From Macrostomum lignano (Eukaryota): a stretch of 46,975 nt of DNA. The notes under the pieces were generated by a model that saw nothing but the letters and a program-made list of their open reading frames with translations, ran no database searches and was not told the DNA's origin. Below are positions 46,110 through 46,975 of this stretch, piece by piece (the first letter of the stretch is position 1; every line of letters starts with the position of its first letter). Position numbers and translations under genes: made by a program. The DNA lies in assembly GCA_002269645.1 (NCBI GenBank), contig NIVC01004406.1:1-46975 (forward strand), written 5' to 3'.

Positions 46110-46694
46110 TCAGGTTCGCTGACCAGATCTTCGTACTTCAAGAGCAGCACATTCGGCTCATTCCGGAGCTGCCACCAGTCCGCAGAGACGTAAGTACGCA
46201 AAGTTTGCAATTAAATGAATACGGTATCAAAATTTGCATCTGTACAGGTTAAAGCCTCACGAAACTAACCTTAAAGTAGTCGCCGCACATTGTCTTGCCG
46301 CTCAGGAATATGTCAACAAATTCGTCCCAGGTTCCCGACCAGGGCCCGTACATCTCGAGGCCTTTGTAGAAGTGGTAGAGCGAATTGCAGCAGTCCTTGG
46401 GGGTTGCGCAGCACAGCAATTACTCGAGACCGTAGTTGAACTCCAGGAACGGGAACCGTTGGTCAATGGGAGCGTACTTGCCCCCTTGCTTGATGGTGTC
46501 TCGGTGAACAAGCTGCCACACAATTTCCTGAGTAAGCGTTGTGCCGCACCTGGAAAAGTGCACACGCAAACATCGCTCGGTCGGAATCTAAAGTCCAGAG
46601 ATCGCGCAGCCACCTCAGGTGTGGTGTAGTTGTTCCACACGACGCCTTTCATTTCGAATTCGTTGAGCGTTTTTCTGTGAGTGGTGGCCGCCAT
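46110..46694 (-). pseudogene. Cytosolic sulfotransferase (SULT-like), frameshifted and internally deleted in this assembly
   Basis: FRPSDVCVCTFP(R)CGTTLTQEIVW (5'-PSB loop), RFPFLE, VIAVLRNPKDCCNSLYHF (3'-PB motif), WDEFVDIFLSGK..CGDYF, DWWQLRNEPNVLLLKYEDL. Confidence 0.8.
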
Positions 46695-46975
46695 TTTTCA
46701 TATTCTACCGTGTGCGCTCGTTTTTCTGACTGTTGGACAAATTTATACGGTAAATTTTGCGTGGCGGCGATAGAAGTTCATTTTGGACCCACTTAATCAT
46801 TTCTGGCAATAAATAATTGCATTCATGCTGTGAGCCCGGCTTCAGCGGCTTAGTTGAAAATAAAAATTTTCGATTTCAAACCCATGAAAGCATGGATCTG
46901 GGTCTTTTTGGATTTTCAAAAAATCATAATTTGATTGGTGTATGTAGACACTGTCAAACGGAAAGCATATTATAA

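Noticed and set aside
1-46975. tRNA, rRNA, spliced-leader RNA or hammerhead ribozyme
   Set aside because: No cloverleaf, rRNA-like, Sm-site/SL or CUGAUGA…GAAA core pattern was recognised by eye. A covariance-model scan (tRNAscan-SE, Infernal/Rfam) would be needed to exclude them.

Overview
Eukaryotic (metazoan) genomic DNA in three parts. (1) 1-12,975: the right ~13 kb of an AT-rich Polinton/Maverick (adintovirus-like) endogenous virus. It carries the major capsid C-terminus, packaging ATPase, minor capsid/penton, adenain-like protease, a fibre-like protein with a discoidin-like domain, small accessory ORFs, protein-primed PolB and two membrane-active/core precursor proteins, and ends in a canonical AGTAG terminus. 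No integrase is visible; it presumably lies left of the window. (2) 12,976-20,694: a very homogeneous 44-bp satellite (~175 copies) fused directly to the Polinton terminus. (3) 20,695-46,975: host DNA with two giant paralogous ankyrin-repeat genes (one spliced to a C-terminal pseudokinase), an unidentified multi-exon gene, an MFS-like transporter, a sulfotransferase fragment, mini/microsatellites and MITE-like elements. Nearly all long genes, viral and host, are broken by 1-nt indels, mostly in homopolymers. This looks like long-read assembly error, so intactness cannot be judged. The most unusual signals are: a family of tiny CG-bounded triloop double-hairpin insertions with AT duplications, sized to keep Polinton genes in frame (30, 30 and 42 nt); an inverted inner copy of the Polinton terminus 270 bp inside the end; the exact Polinton-satellite junction; a TATAAAA(A)TG start motif shared by viral genes; and the ~2,000-aa ankyrin-pseudokinase. 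Short introns and minisatellite-rich DNA hint at an invertebrate such as a Macrostomum-like flatworm, but this is a weak stylistic guess. No database searches were run; family calls rest on recognised motifs.
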